From Desulfobacteraceae bacterium (GTDB lineage: Bacteria; Desulfobacterota; Desulfobacteria; Desulfobacterales; ETH-SRB1), in the NCBI GenBank assembly GCA_030593145.1, contig JAUVHU010000002.1, positions 8,238-72,237 of the forward strand: 64,000 bases of DNA. The letters are read 5' to 3'. This document shows positions 9,228 to 17,608 of the stretch, piece after piece (positions within the stretch are counted from its first letter, which is position 1; every line of letters starts with the position of its first letter). The notes beneath the pieces were generated by a model, which was not told the origin of the DNA, ran no database searches, and was given only the letters and a program-made list of their open reading frames with translations. The position numbers and the translations under genes were made by a program.

Positions 9228-10754
9228 TCAAAAATCCTCAACCCATTCATGCTTTTTTTTCTCAGGCTCAATCTCAGTTACTTCGAGTTCAAGTGGTTTT
9301 AAGGGTTGTTTTTCTATTTGCAGCCTGTTTCCCGCTATATCTCTTATTTCAAGTGAATAGACAAACATATTCGCTTTTTCCGGGCTCAGGTCTTTTTTTG
9401 TTTTTTTTATTGGGCAGACAATGGTTGCCGGAATATTCCCTTTGCCCTCAAACCTTCCTGCTTCAGTGCCTGTTCTGTCGTAAACAATAACTTCCCAATC
9501 GGCTATTTCGCTTATATCTTTGATTTCCAGCGACAGGGTAAGGCTTTCTTCATTTTCCCCGGCAAGAACAACGAAAGTCTCAGGCGGAGTTTTGTCAACA
9601 ATGATCTTCTCCTTTACTGTAGATGTCCTGTTGCCCGCCTTATCTTCCACAAACAATCTACAGAAATATGTTCCATCTTTAACAGTTTTGTATTTATTAT
9701 TATCACCCTTCCAGATAAAACCTGCGGGCAGCACGCCAAAACCGTCTTCAGACCTCACAATGTTGCCGGCTTTATCTGTAATCTCAACCTGCCAGCTTTC
9801 TAACGTGACTGCTTTCAGAAGTTCAGGAAAGAATTGAATATAGTCATTTATGCCGTCATTATTAGGAGATACAAGCCTGTGCGGAAACGAAAGAGCGATT
9901 TCCGGCCAGCTGTTGTGAACAGTCAGACTGGCTGCGGAGTCCATACTAAAAAGCCTGTCCAATTGGTCCAATACGTAAATCTTCAGCGGATAGACTCCAT
10001 CAATGGCAGGAGCTGAAATAGTTCCGGCATACCATATTCCATCCTCGGTTTTAAGATCAATCTCACTATCAAGAACAAATGCCTTGATATCAAGCAACCT
10101 TCCGGTGATCTCTTTAACCTCTATTAAGAGACGTGTTGTCTCACCGCCTCTTAACACATCAGGAAAAAAACCTGCGTGTGTGATCTCAATAGGAGTTACG
10201 GATGAGCCGGCTGAATTGACAATAGAGGGCAAGTTGCTTAAGAGTTCCTCCACCGTGATGCCTACCAACTTCTTCAAAGAAGTTATCCTGCCCAGGCCGA
10301 GAAATGTGGCAAAGTCGTCCCCTGTGCGTGAAATAGAGTTAGCCCAAACAACAGAACCATCAAAACAATTTATCATCTGGGCATTTATGGCTACCTGTGG
10401 ATTTTCACCATCTTCAAAGAGATCAACTGATCCGAGCAGCAGGACATCCGTCTCTAAAACAGCTCCCATTTCTCTGATAACCGATCTGTCTAAGAATTCC
10501 GTTCCGCGGATTCTTCTTTTGGCAAGGAAATTTTCCAGGATATCCTGAGAAACAACCTTGAATTCATTCTTTATGAGAGAATCCGATATAAGACTCGTTA
10601 CATTAATGGAAATATCTCCGGCGGTAAATATGCCAAAAGGTATCACTGCTGTTCTCTTTATTGTTACCACATCCTCCGCCCACAAAATGCGGCCTGACAA
10701 CCCTGAAAGCAAAAAGGCTAAAATAACTGATAGGATAAATAAATATTTTTTCAC
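9228..10754 (-). CDS. Secreted protein: CsgG/LpoB-like N-domain (paralogue 2) plus FlgD-Ig-like / Ig-like domains
   Basis: 508-aa ORF with a signal peptide. The N-domain carries RTAVIPFGIF...VLETDVLLLGSVDLF...GSVVW...SRTGDD. The middle has SPNNDGINDYIQF...WQVEITDKAGNIV...DGTYFCRLFVEDKAGN, a FlgD-Ig-type signature. Confidence 0.6.
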   Translation of the reverse strand: MKKYLFILSVILAFLLSGLSGRILWAEDVVTIKRTAVIPFGIFTAGDISINVTSLISDSLIKNEFKVVSQDILENFLAKRRIRGTEFLDRSVIREMGAVLETDVLLLGSVDLFEDGENPQVAINAQMINCFDGSVVWANSISRTGDDFATFLGLGRITSLKKLVGITVEELLSNLPSIVNSAGSSVTPIEITHAGFFPDVLRGGETTRLLIEVKEITGRLLDIKAFVLDSEIDLKTEDGIWYAGTISAPAIDGVYPLKIYVLDQLDRLFSMDSAASLTVHNSWPEIALSFPHRLVSPNNDGINDYIQFFPELLKAVTLESWQVEITDKAGNIVRSEDGFGVLPAGFIWKGDNNKYKTVKDGTYFCRLFVEDKAGNRTSTVKEKIIVDKTPPETFVVLAGENEESLTLSLEIKDISEIADWEVIVYDRTGTEAGRFEGKGNIPATIVCPIKKTKKDLSPEKANMFVYSLEIRDIAGNRLQIEKQPLKPLELEVTEIEPEKKKHEWVEDF

Positions 10755-10770
10755 TCAATCAACAATCCCT

Positions 10771-11367
10771 CTATCCCCCAAACAAGGTATCAAACATCTC
10801 TTCAATCAACTCCCTGCAAAGATCGCTGGAGCTCTTTTTGCCGATGCCGAAGAGCCGATCCAGAATGGTTGCTCCCTTTACGTTGTGTGTCGCTTCCCAG
10901 AGGATCTTATAAGATTTTACATCTATCAGCTTTAAAGTAATGGAGACTTCCGGATAAGCGCTGCTCCCTGCACGCGATACACCATATTCTTCAACCGCTC
11001 CTACAATAAAGGCCTGGACGTTCAGCCGTTTTCCGGCCCTTTCAGCAATACTTTTGCTGATGACACCTTCTTTTTTCTTAGCCCCTTCTTCCCTCAATAC
11101 CTTATCCACCTCTCCGAATTCAACAACATCAAATACACCCCGCCTTAACACCTCAGCAGCCACGACATTCATTACCTTGCCTTCCGCTTCATTTTCCTTA
11201 GTCAGGTTTTTTAGAGGCACAATAGCTACTGTCTTAATATATGTAAGATCTGCCGTAGGGTGGATATAACTCATAGGACCAGCGCAACTGTAAAATAGCG
11301 ACAATACCGCAAGTAAAAATACGGTTTGCTTGATACAACTTATATTATTCATCTGTTTTCCATTCAT
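10771..11367 (-). CDS. Probable lipoprotein with CsgG/LpoB-like domain (paralogue 3)
   Basis: 198-aa ORF with signal ...AVLSLFYS-C-AGP. Motifs: IKTVAIVPLKNLT, AGKRLNVQAFIVGAVEEY, SYKILW. It aligns clearly with 8603..9223. Confidence 0.6.
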   Translation of the reverse strand: MNGKQMNNISCIKQTVFLLAVLSLFYSCAGPMSYIHPTADLTYIKTVAIVPLKNLTKENEAEGKVMNVVAAEVLRRGVFDVVEFGEVDKVLREEGAKKKEGVISKSIAERAGKRLNVQAFIVGAVEEYGVSRAGSSAYPEVSITLKLIDVKSYKILWEATHNVKGATILDRLFGIGKKSSSDLCRELIEEMFDTLFGG

Positions 11368-11444
11368 AAATATTCAGCCACCAAGTCATCAGGATTATAA
11401 TCCCTGACCCCCTAACCACTAACCCCTGATCCCCGGCCCCTGCT

Positions 11445-13583
11445 TTAAAACCTTGCTGAAAGATTCGTGGTAAAAGTCTGTGTTTTCGTTATCGGATCTG
11501 CCTCCTGGCAGGTCCAATTATAACCGAATCTTAAGGTAAAAATCCGGCTCAAATTCCAGTAAAGGTCAGAAGAATAAGTTGAGCTGATAGTACCATTTCT
11601 GTTCAAGATATACCCCATGTCAAGCCGCATCTTTTCGGTCATCAACCAGTTCATGTTATACTGCTGCTGAGTGGTTTCCTCTCCTGTCTGCTCATCCCTG
11701 TCAATGCCGTAAGACGCTCTGAAGTAAAAATAATGAGACGGCCGCCAGTTAAATATAGTCTTGGCATTGGAAGTTTGACCAGTTGTACCACCGCTTGAAT
11801 TTTGTGTTTCTGTCCAATTTCTACCATATTCAATTTCAGCTGTCAACATTCTGGTAAGCTCCAGACGTAGATTTGAGTTAATAGACTTAGTGGTTGTCTC
11901 GGATTGACTGACAGGATTTTCCAAACGGGTGATATTTACATCCACATCCAGATCCGCCCCTTCACGAAGCTTTGCCGCCACCTGAAACAGAGCGGATGAG
12001 TTCTTTGAGTGGGTTTCGCCGTCTTCTTTTGATACCGTATAATTCAACAAAAGGTCGGTGTTAAGGGCTTTGAGGGGAGATGAAAGAAAGTGCAGCAGAT
12101 AAGTATCGGTTGTCTTATCCTTTGTCTCTGTCTCAGAATCATATTTATACTCCTGGCGTCTGCGATACTCCGGCCGGATTTTGAGATACTTATGAGCTTT
12201 AAACTCTTTTCCAATGCGACCGGATATATCATGGCTTGACCGCTTGGTTTTGGTTGAGTCGGCACCCGTCTCCTCACTCTCCTGCTCGTCCTGCGTAAAA
12301 TCATACGTAAAAGAGAGCCAATCCGTGGGCTTATATCTAAGATTGGCCTGGGTTGTTTGGGTTGTTTGTTCGGTATCAGTGGTGGTAAAGGCGGCCTGGG
12401 TCGTAGATCCGTAGGCCTCGATCTCTGTGACAAAGAGATCATTATCATCATTATCATCATTGACTACCTTAAAATATGTGGCCGGTGGTGCGGTAAACGA
12501 GATCTCAAACCGCTTCTGATTTGTGTCATAGTCGAAACTGGCTCCAGAGGTTATCAGCGTCCATGTAGCGTTATCAGTACTTGAATACACATCCCATACA
12601 AAGTTGTTCTTGTCGAAGTTGATGTTGGGTGATTCCGTATAAAGATATATTTTGTCAATTTCAGTGGAAAAAGTGAGGTCCAGCCCAATGTTCTGGTTGG
12701 TGTTTCCACTTCCTCCAATGTTGATCTCCGTGGGCGTGGTAACGCGCGTCGCTTTGTTGCCATCCTTGAGAGCATCATAAGTATCATCAAGAGTTCCTGA
12801 CAGTGGGGCAGAATCATGAGCATAAAGTCCGGTATACACTGTCTTTTTTTCGGCAACCTCGACATCCTGCCCCCCTGTTGTGGTTTCCGTCTTTCTGTTT
12901 GTGATCGAATAGGTTCCCGAAGTTACAATCTTGTTTTTCCAGAACGACTTTCTGAAATCGACTCTTCCTTCATTGGTATTGGTCTCCGTTGTGGATTCTG
13001 TAACATAATTATCCGAAACATTGTTTTTATAATCGTAGTTAAAATTCAAAAAACGGAAGGCATAATCAGCACTTCCGGAAAAATTAGTGGTTTTGGTATT
13101 TGTCTCGCGTACTGCCAGGTGGTCATAGTTCATGTCTTCGTTGTAACGGAGTCGCACTTTGGGATATTTTTCGGACTTTGTGGATAAATTGACGTTCCAC
13201 GATTCGGTCGTCAAGCGATCTTCGTCTGAAACCATGGTCAGGATATCGAGACCTTTTTCAGTAATCCGATAGCCTGTATCAGCAGAAAAATATTCATTTC
13301 TTAGATTAAGCCTTATATCCGGAGTCAACCGCGTTGTTTTAGTATCGTTTGTCTCGTTTACATTAATTCCAAGATTAGCGGCAAAGTTGACTTTAGGAGT
13401 AAATTCCTTGGTCGCCCGAATATTATAGTTCTGCGTAAAACCCCAGGAATTTTTTTCTTCTTCACCGGTCTTTGTTTTGGTCGAACAATAAGTAAGGTTG
13501 GCCGAACCACTGATATCATCTCCGGCGTAGACTCCCCGGAAGCAGATCAGAGTCAGCAAAAAAATAGCAATCCAATATTTCAT
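11445..13583 (-). CDS. Large outer-membrane beta-barrel protein with an inserted discoidin (F5/8 type C)-like module
   Basis: 712-aa ORF with signal peptide ...FRGVYA/GDD. Long runs alternate polar and aromatic residues, are rich in T/N/Y, and show strand-like periodicity. The C-terminus ...TTNLSARF ends in Phe, which is OMP beta-signal-like. Residues about 255-392 (NNFVWDVYSSTDNATWTLI...YFKVVN...FVTEIEAYG) resemble a galactose-binding/discoidin fold. Confidence 0.65.
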   Translation of the reverse strand: MKYWIAIFLLTLICFRGVYAGDDISGSANLTYCSTKTKTGEEEKNSWGFTQNYNIRATKEFTPKVNFAANLGINVNETNDTKTTRLTPDIRLNLRNEYFSADTGYRITEKGLDILTMVSDEDRLTTESWNVNLSTKSEKYPKVRLRYNEDMNYDHLAVRETNTKTTNFSGSADYAFRFLNFNYDYKNNVSDNYVTESTTETNTNEGRVDFRKSFWKNKIVTSGTYSITNRKTETTTGGQDVEVAEKKTVYTGLYAHDSAPLSGTLDDTYDALKDGNKATRVTTPTEINIGGSGNTNQNIGLDLTFSTEIDKIYLYTESPNINFDKNNFVWDVYSSTDNATWTLITSGASFDYDTNQKRFEISFTAPPATYFKVVNDDNDDNDLFVTEIEAYGSTTQAAFTTTDTEQTTQTTQANLRYKPTDWLSFTYDFTQDEQESEETGADSTKTKRSSHDISGRIGKEFKAHKYLKIRPEYRRRQEYKYDSETETKDKTTDTYLLHFLSSPLKALNTDLLLNYTVSKEDGETHSKNSSALFQVAAKLREGADLDVDVNITRLENPVSQSETTTKSINSNLRLELTRMLTAEIEYGRNWTETQNSSGGTTGQTSNAKTIFNWRPSHYFYFRASYGIDRDEQTGEETTQQQYNMNWLMTEKMRLDMGYILNRNGTISSTYSSDLYWNLSRIFTLRFGYNWTCQEADPITKTQTFTTNLSARF

Positions 13584-13768
13584 AGATTCGTTAATTCGTT
13601 AATTAGTGGTTTGTCTCAATTGACCAATTCATCCAAATCTAATCCCTAAATCCCATTTGGATTGATGATTTATGTCCCGCTTGGACGGGATTTATTCTGT
13701 CTTTTCAATCAACAATCCTTGCTCCGACATCTGATCCCTGACATCTGACATCCAACCTCTGCTCTCAG

Positions 13769-15211
13769 TCACTCCTCAATCATCGCAATCCCATGCGGCC
13801 CTCTCCCTACCTGAATGGCCGTTTTCAGTCGTCTTGTTGTAAGATCAATAACAGATAGATCCTCTGACAGGGTATTAACCACGTAAAGTTTTCTTCTCAA
13901 CGACTCGACAACCATCTGTGAAGGAAGGTCCCCAACCGATATGTTTCCGGTAGTCATATCCATAGAGGTATATATGAAGGAAACTTCATTGCCGGTGTTA
14001 GACACGTAAATCCGGCCTGACAAGCCAGACACAAGCCACATGGGCTTTTGACTCAGAAGTATCGTTTTTGTAACCGAATAAGACGGGATGTCTATCACAG
14101 AAATACTGTTTGAACCTACATTAATCACATATAGCTTATCCTGGTGAATGGCCATGCCGGTGGGATTAAAACCGACTGTTACAGTATCTTCCACAGCACT
14201 GGTATTCACGTCGATGATCGATACGGAATTTGACGCTTTGTTTGCCACATAGACCTTGCGTCTGTATTGATCGAACACAATGCCGGCAGGATTCTTCCCC
14301 ACAGATATAAAATCGGTTGCCGTATTTGAAAGAGTATCTATCACGGAGATATTGTCTGAATCCGGGTTGGTTGCGTAAAGTGTCAAGCCATCCCCGGACA
14401 AGGCGAGTTCAGCAGGACTATATCCAAAATTGGCGATTGTGTTGATTACCCTGTTTAAATCGGTATCGATAACCGAAATATTGCCGGTGTCGAAATTGGC
14501 TACATATATCTTATCCCCATCCGGGCTTACCACAATTCCCATAGGCGATTGATCTACCGCAATAGTTGCTACCACCCTATCCTGCTGCCTGTCTATAACG
14601 GTAACGCAATTAGAGCCCATATTCGTAACATAGAGTAAAATATTTTTAATCTCTATACTCTGTTTCCGCATGATCATCTTTGGCCTGAAAAGATATTTAT
14701 CAAAAACAGACTCTTCCGGATTCCAGTCCGCAAAAAAAGCAAAACTCTCCCCGGAAAATACAGAAAACTCCATATCAAAAAAATGGTTTCCCCCGGGCTG
14801 GGGAAGAACCAGGCTGAAGATTTTTCCATACTTTTCCAGTTTTGCCTCAGAAATTGTCCACCTTATCCGTTCATACTTTCCGGCAGGCAGATGAAGCTCA
14901 CACAATTTGATCTGACTCTGAGCGAACCCGAAAGAATGAATGCACTTATCCACCGCCACATCGATCCACTTTCCCTCCTTGTTCATAAAGCTCATGCCGG
15001 AGATAGAAAAGGAGATATCAAATGTAGGTTTTTGTGAACAGGAAAGATAGAAGAAGACCTGGCCCTTATTGGTTAATTGGAGCTCCTTGGAGGTAGGTTC
15101 AAAAATACATGCTGCAATAGAAACTAAGGCCAGCACAACTATTATCAAACGAAAAACCAGGAATTTTGCCGCAATTCTTTTCCTCATGATGTCCTCATTT
15201 CTTTTTTTCAA
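13769..15211 (-). CDS. Lipoprotein with N-terminal beta-sandwich-like domain and YVTN-family beta-propeller repeats
   Basis: 480-aa ORF with lipobox LVSIAA-C-I. Repeats: YVANFDTGNISVID, LYATNPDSDNISVID, VYVANKASNSVSIID, LYVINVGSNSISVID, LYVVNTLSEDLSVID. The start at 15211 overlaps the upstream gene by 17 nt; an alternative ATG is at 15187. Confidence 0.8.
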   Translation of the reverse strand: MKKRNEDIMRKRIAAKFLVFRLIIVVLALVSIAACIFEPTSKELQLTNKGQVFFYLSCSQKPTFDISFSISGMSFMNKEGKWIDVAVDKCIHSFGFAQSQIKLCELHLPAGKYERIRWTISEAKLEKYGKIFSLVLPQPGGNHFFDMEFSVFSGESFAFFADWNPEESVFDKYLFRPKMIMRKQSIEIKNILLYVTNMGSNCVTVIDRQQDRVVATIAVDQSPMGIVVSPDGDKIYVANFDTGNISVIDTDLNRVINTIANFGYSPAELALSGDGLTLYATNPDSDNISVIDTLSNTATDFISVGKNPAGIVFDQYRRKVYVANKASNSVSIIDVNTSAVEDTVTVGFNPTGMAIHQDKLYVINVGSNSISVIDIPSYSVTKTILLSQKPMWLVSGLSGRIYVSNTGNEVSFIYTSMDMTTGNISVGDLPSQMVVESLRRKLYVVNTLSEDLSVIDLTTRRLKTAIQVGRGPHGIAMIEE

Positions 15212-16598
15212 ACATGACTTTTCCGCGATAGATTCCGCATAACCAGCCTGTGCGCCCGGATCCTGTTTTTACAAAATACCATGAAGTTAATTCATCGTGT
15301 TTGTCCTGGCTCAGGATTTCAAACTCTTCGCCTTTTTTCATCAACCGAATGATCCTGCTGCTTGTAGCGCTTTTTTCCCGCAGGTTCATGTTTGCAGTCA
15401 AGATATAATGCTGTGCGGTCACTCGCTCTGATAGTTCTTTTCCGGCGGGAGCTTCCGGCTTTATCTCTTTGACTAATTCTTTTGTGATGATATCTTTTGG
15501 TTTAACTTTTTCAGCCACTGCAACAGACCGAATCACTTCTATTTTAAAGACCTGTATCCTGTTGTTAAAAGTGTCTGCGATCAGCACATTTCCAGAGTCG
15601 TCCGCGGTGATATCGCTTGGATGCTGAAACCAACCTCTGCCCCAGCCTTTGCCGCCAAAATCAAACAAAAAACGTCCGTCTTCTGAATAGGCGTTTGCGG
15701 TATGCCGCATGTAGTCGATTACATAAATCACTTTGTTGTGCTTATCTATAGTCATTCCTCTTGGCCGGCTCAACTTGCTGGATCCCCCGCCTTTCTGGCC
15801 GAACTTAAACAGGAAATTTTCCTTGTCATCATATACGTAAATACGGCCCATGTCTTCACTCAAAAGGTATATCCTGCCGGAGCTGTCTATCTCCACATCG
15901 CATATCGTGGCTTTTTGTTCTTCACCTTTTCCCAGTCTGTCAACAGGACTCATGAGATGGCAAAACGTTCCATCCTCATTCAAAATCACCACGCCATGAA
16001 AGCTGACGCCGGCCACATAGAATTTGCCCGCCTTGCTGATGGCAATATTTGTTGGGTGAAAACTATCCGCGTTTTCAAATCCCTCAAAAAAAAAATTCTT
16101 GCTCCACCTTAATGAAGGATCCAATACCGTTATTCTTGCTCCCTTCTCTTTTAAGCCGGATGACTGAGCAACAAAAAGATGCCCCTCAGGATCAACCGCC
16201 ACGCCTGCAGGAGTTTTGATGCCGTTTGATTTTCCAACACTAAGAAGCGGGTAAAAATCATAAGTATATACCAATATTCTGCTGTGTCCGGAATCCGTAA
16301 TATAGATCTCCTTTTTTACAGAATCGAAGAATAATTTGGATGGATAAGACAGTTTCAGACCATTATAGTCCTCCCTGATAATATAAAGGCAGGTAATCTT
16401 TTTCAGCTTGATTTGATCAGCATAGATAGCCGAATCGGTTTGCTTCGGTAAATCAGTTGACTCGGATTCATGCTGGATGTCGATCTGTTGCCCGGCGACA
16501 GAGCATTGAACAAAGGGCCATAGGCCAGACAAAGAGATGCATATTGCGATAATAATACAAAAACCGACTATCTCTTTTGTGCTGCTGTTACAGGACAT
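15195..16598 (-). CDS. NHL-repeat beta-propeller protein with C-terminal bacterial SH3 domain
   Basis: 467-aa ORF with a hydrophobic N-terminal signal or anchor. NHL blades: HSRILVYTY, GRIYVYDDK, NNRIQVFKI and others. The C-terminus NLREKSATSSRIIRLMKKGEEFEILSQ...WYFVKTGSGRTGWLCGIY is SH3b-like. This is the first gene of the cluster. Confidence 0.8.
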   Translation of the reverse strand: MSCNSSTKEIVGFCIIIAICISLSGLWPFVQCSVAGQQIDIQHESESTDLPKQTDSAIYADQIKLKKITCLYIIREDYNGLKLSYPSKLFFDSVKKEIYITDSGHSRILVYTYDFYPLLSVGKSNGIKTPAGVAVDPEGHLFVAQSSGLKEKGARITVLDPSLRWSKNFFFEGFENADSFHPTNIAISKAGKFYVAGVSFHGVVILNEDGTFCHLMSPVDRLGKGEEQKATICDVEIDSSGRIYLLSEDMGRIYVYDDKENFLFKFGQKGGGSSKLSRPRGMTIDKHNKVIYVIDYMRHTANAYSEDGRFLFDFGGKGWGRGWFQHPSDITADDSGNVLIADTFNNRIQVFKIEVIRSVAVAEKVKPKDIITKELVKEIKPEAPAGKELSERVTAQHYILTANMNLREKSATSSRIIRLMKKGEEFEILSQDKHDELTSWYFVKTGSGRTGWLCGIYRGKVMFEKKK

Positions 16599-16680
16599 TA
16601 TTATAACCTTATAAGTATAATCTGATAAATTATAAATCTTTTTAGTTTACAATTTCTATATAAAAAAATCAAGATAAATT

Positions 16681-16920
16681 TGATGAATTCATCAGGTATC
16701 AGATGTTAAGTGTTAAGTGCTAAGATAAAATATTTAATCGTCATATCAAACAGTTAACGCTTAACACATTTTGCAGATAGCATTTTTCGAACTTTTTTGC
16801 AACGCCATTAATATTAAGCAATAGAAACGCTAATATAGGAATAAAACAGGTTCTTGACTTTCTCTTCATTATTAAATAGTGATGAATTCATAAAAAGTCA
16901 TTAATTTAACTATAGATGGC
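16681..16920. repeat. Family A intergenic repeat modules (copy 2) in the promoter region of the cytochrome cluster
   Basis: Modules present: tgatgaattcatca; gttaagtgttaagtgctaag ... cttaacac; acttttttgcaacgccatt (similar to the reverse complement of gatggcgttgtaaaaagt); gatgaattcataaaaagtc; ttaactatagatgg (reverse complement of ccatctatagttaa at 20611). Confidence 0.7.
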
Positions 16921-16969
16921 TAAGTAAAAAGTTTCATACTTTATCGCTCATTATAATAAGGAGGTTCTC

Positions 16970-17359
16970 ATGACTAAAAGAAAAGGGAAATCGGTAAGTT
17001 TTGACGCAATGGTCAAATTTTTTATGAGGCAATATAACATTCCAACCAAACAAGATATTAACAATCTGCTGACAAGGCTTGACAGGCTGGAAAATCTTAT
17101 TAAAACCACAGCAAGACAAGGTAAAAGCAGACAGGTATCAACTAAAACCGCTAAAGGCAAAACATCTGTTGGTGCAGCTCCTAAAACTGCTTCTGATATG
17201 GTATTGAAAATCATAAAAAGCTTCAAAAAGGGTGTGGATTTCCCCACAATCCTGGCAAAAACCGGTTTTGGAGAAAAGAAGCTTCGCAATATTATTTTTC
17301 GTCTCAACCAGATGAATAACATAAAACGGAAAAGCCGCGGCATATATATTGCCTCATAA
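16970..17359 (+). CDS. Small basic hypothetical protein
   Basis: 129-aa ORF preceded by the RBS-like sequence aaggagg. It is Lys/Arg-rich. The segment NIPTKQDINNLLTRLDRLENLI weakly recalls phasin/PhaF-type motifs. No firm family assignment. Confidence 0.45.
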   Translation: MTKRKGKSVSFDAMVKFFMRQYNIPTKQDINNLLTRLDRLENLIKTTARQGKSRQVSTKTAKGKTSVGAAPKTASDMVLKIIKSFKKGVDFPTILAKTGFGEKKLRNIIFRLNQMNNIKRKSRGIYIAS

Positions 17360-17608
17360 TTACAGAACCAAGCACACGGCTGCACTGGGTAAAGAATCCT
17401 GGCCCAAAGGACCAGGCTTTGGTGCCTCTGTTTTACTTAAAGCCGTACAAGTTAAAAGTGCCTAAAGTTGTGGAGTCGCTTCGCTCCACTGATTTTATAT
17501 AATTGGCAAAATTCCTTAACTTTAGTTCACTTCAAACTCTTGCAGCGTTTCTTCAGGCAGTTATCACTCGACTACACAACCACTCGACCAAACAATAATG
17601 GAACCTTT

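Noticed and set aside
17468-17608. N-terminal extensions of tracked ORFs: 17468 (protease), 23178 (aspS), 39759 (lipoprotein), 43600 (folP), 44569 (coaX), 49822 (yggT) and 63333 (kinase). The extension at 51377 (ChaN-like) is suspected too, but I did not trim it.
   Set aside because: The extensions run through intergenic repeat elements or use non-ATG codons. They also lack homology-like N-termini. Internal starts with an RBS give canonical N-termini such as MRRTHNC for AspS and MLLVIDIGNTN for CoaX.
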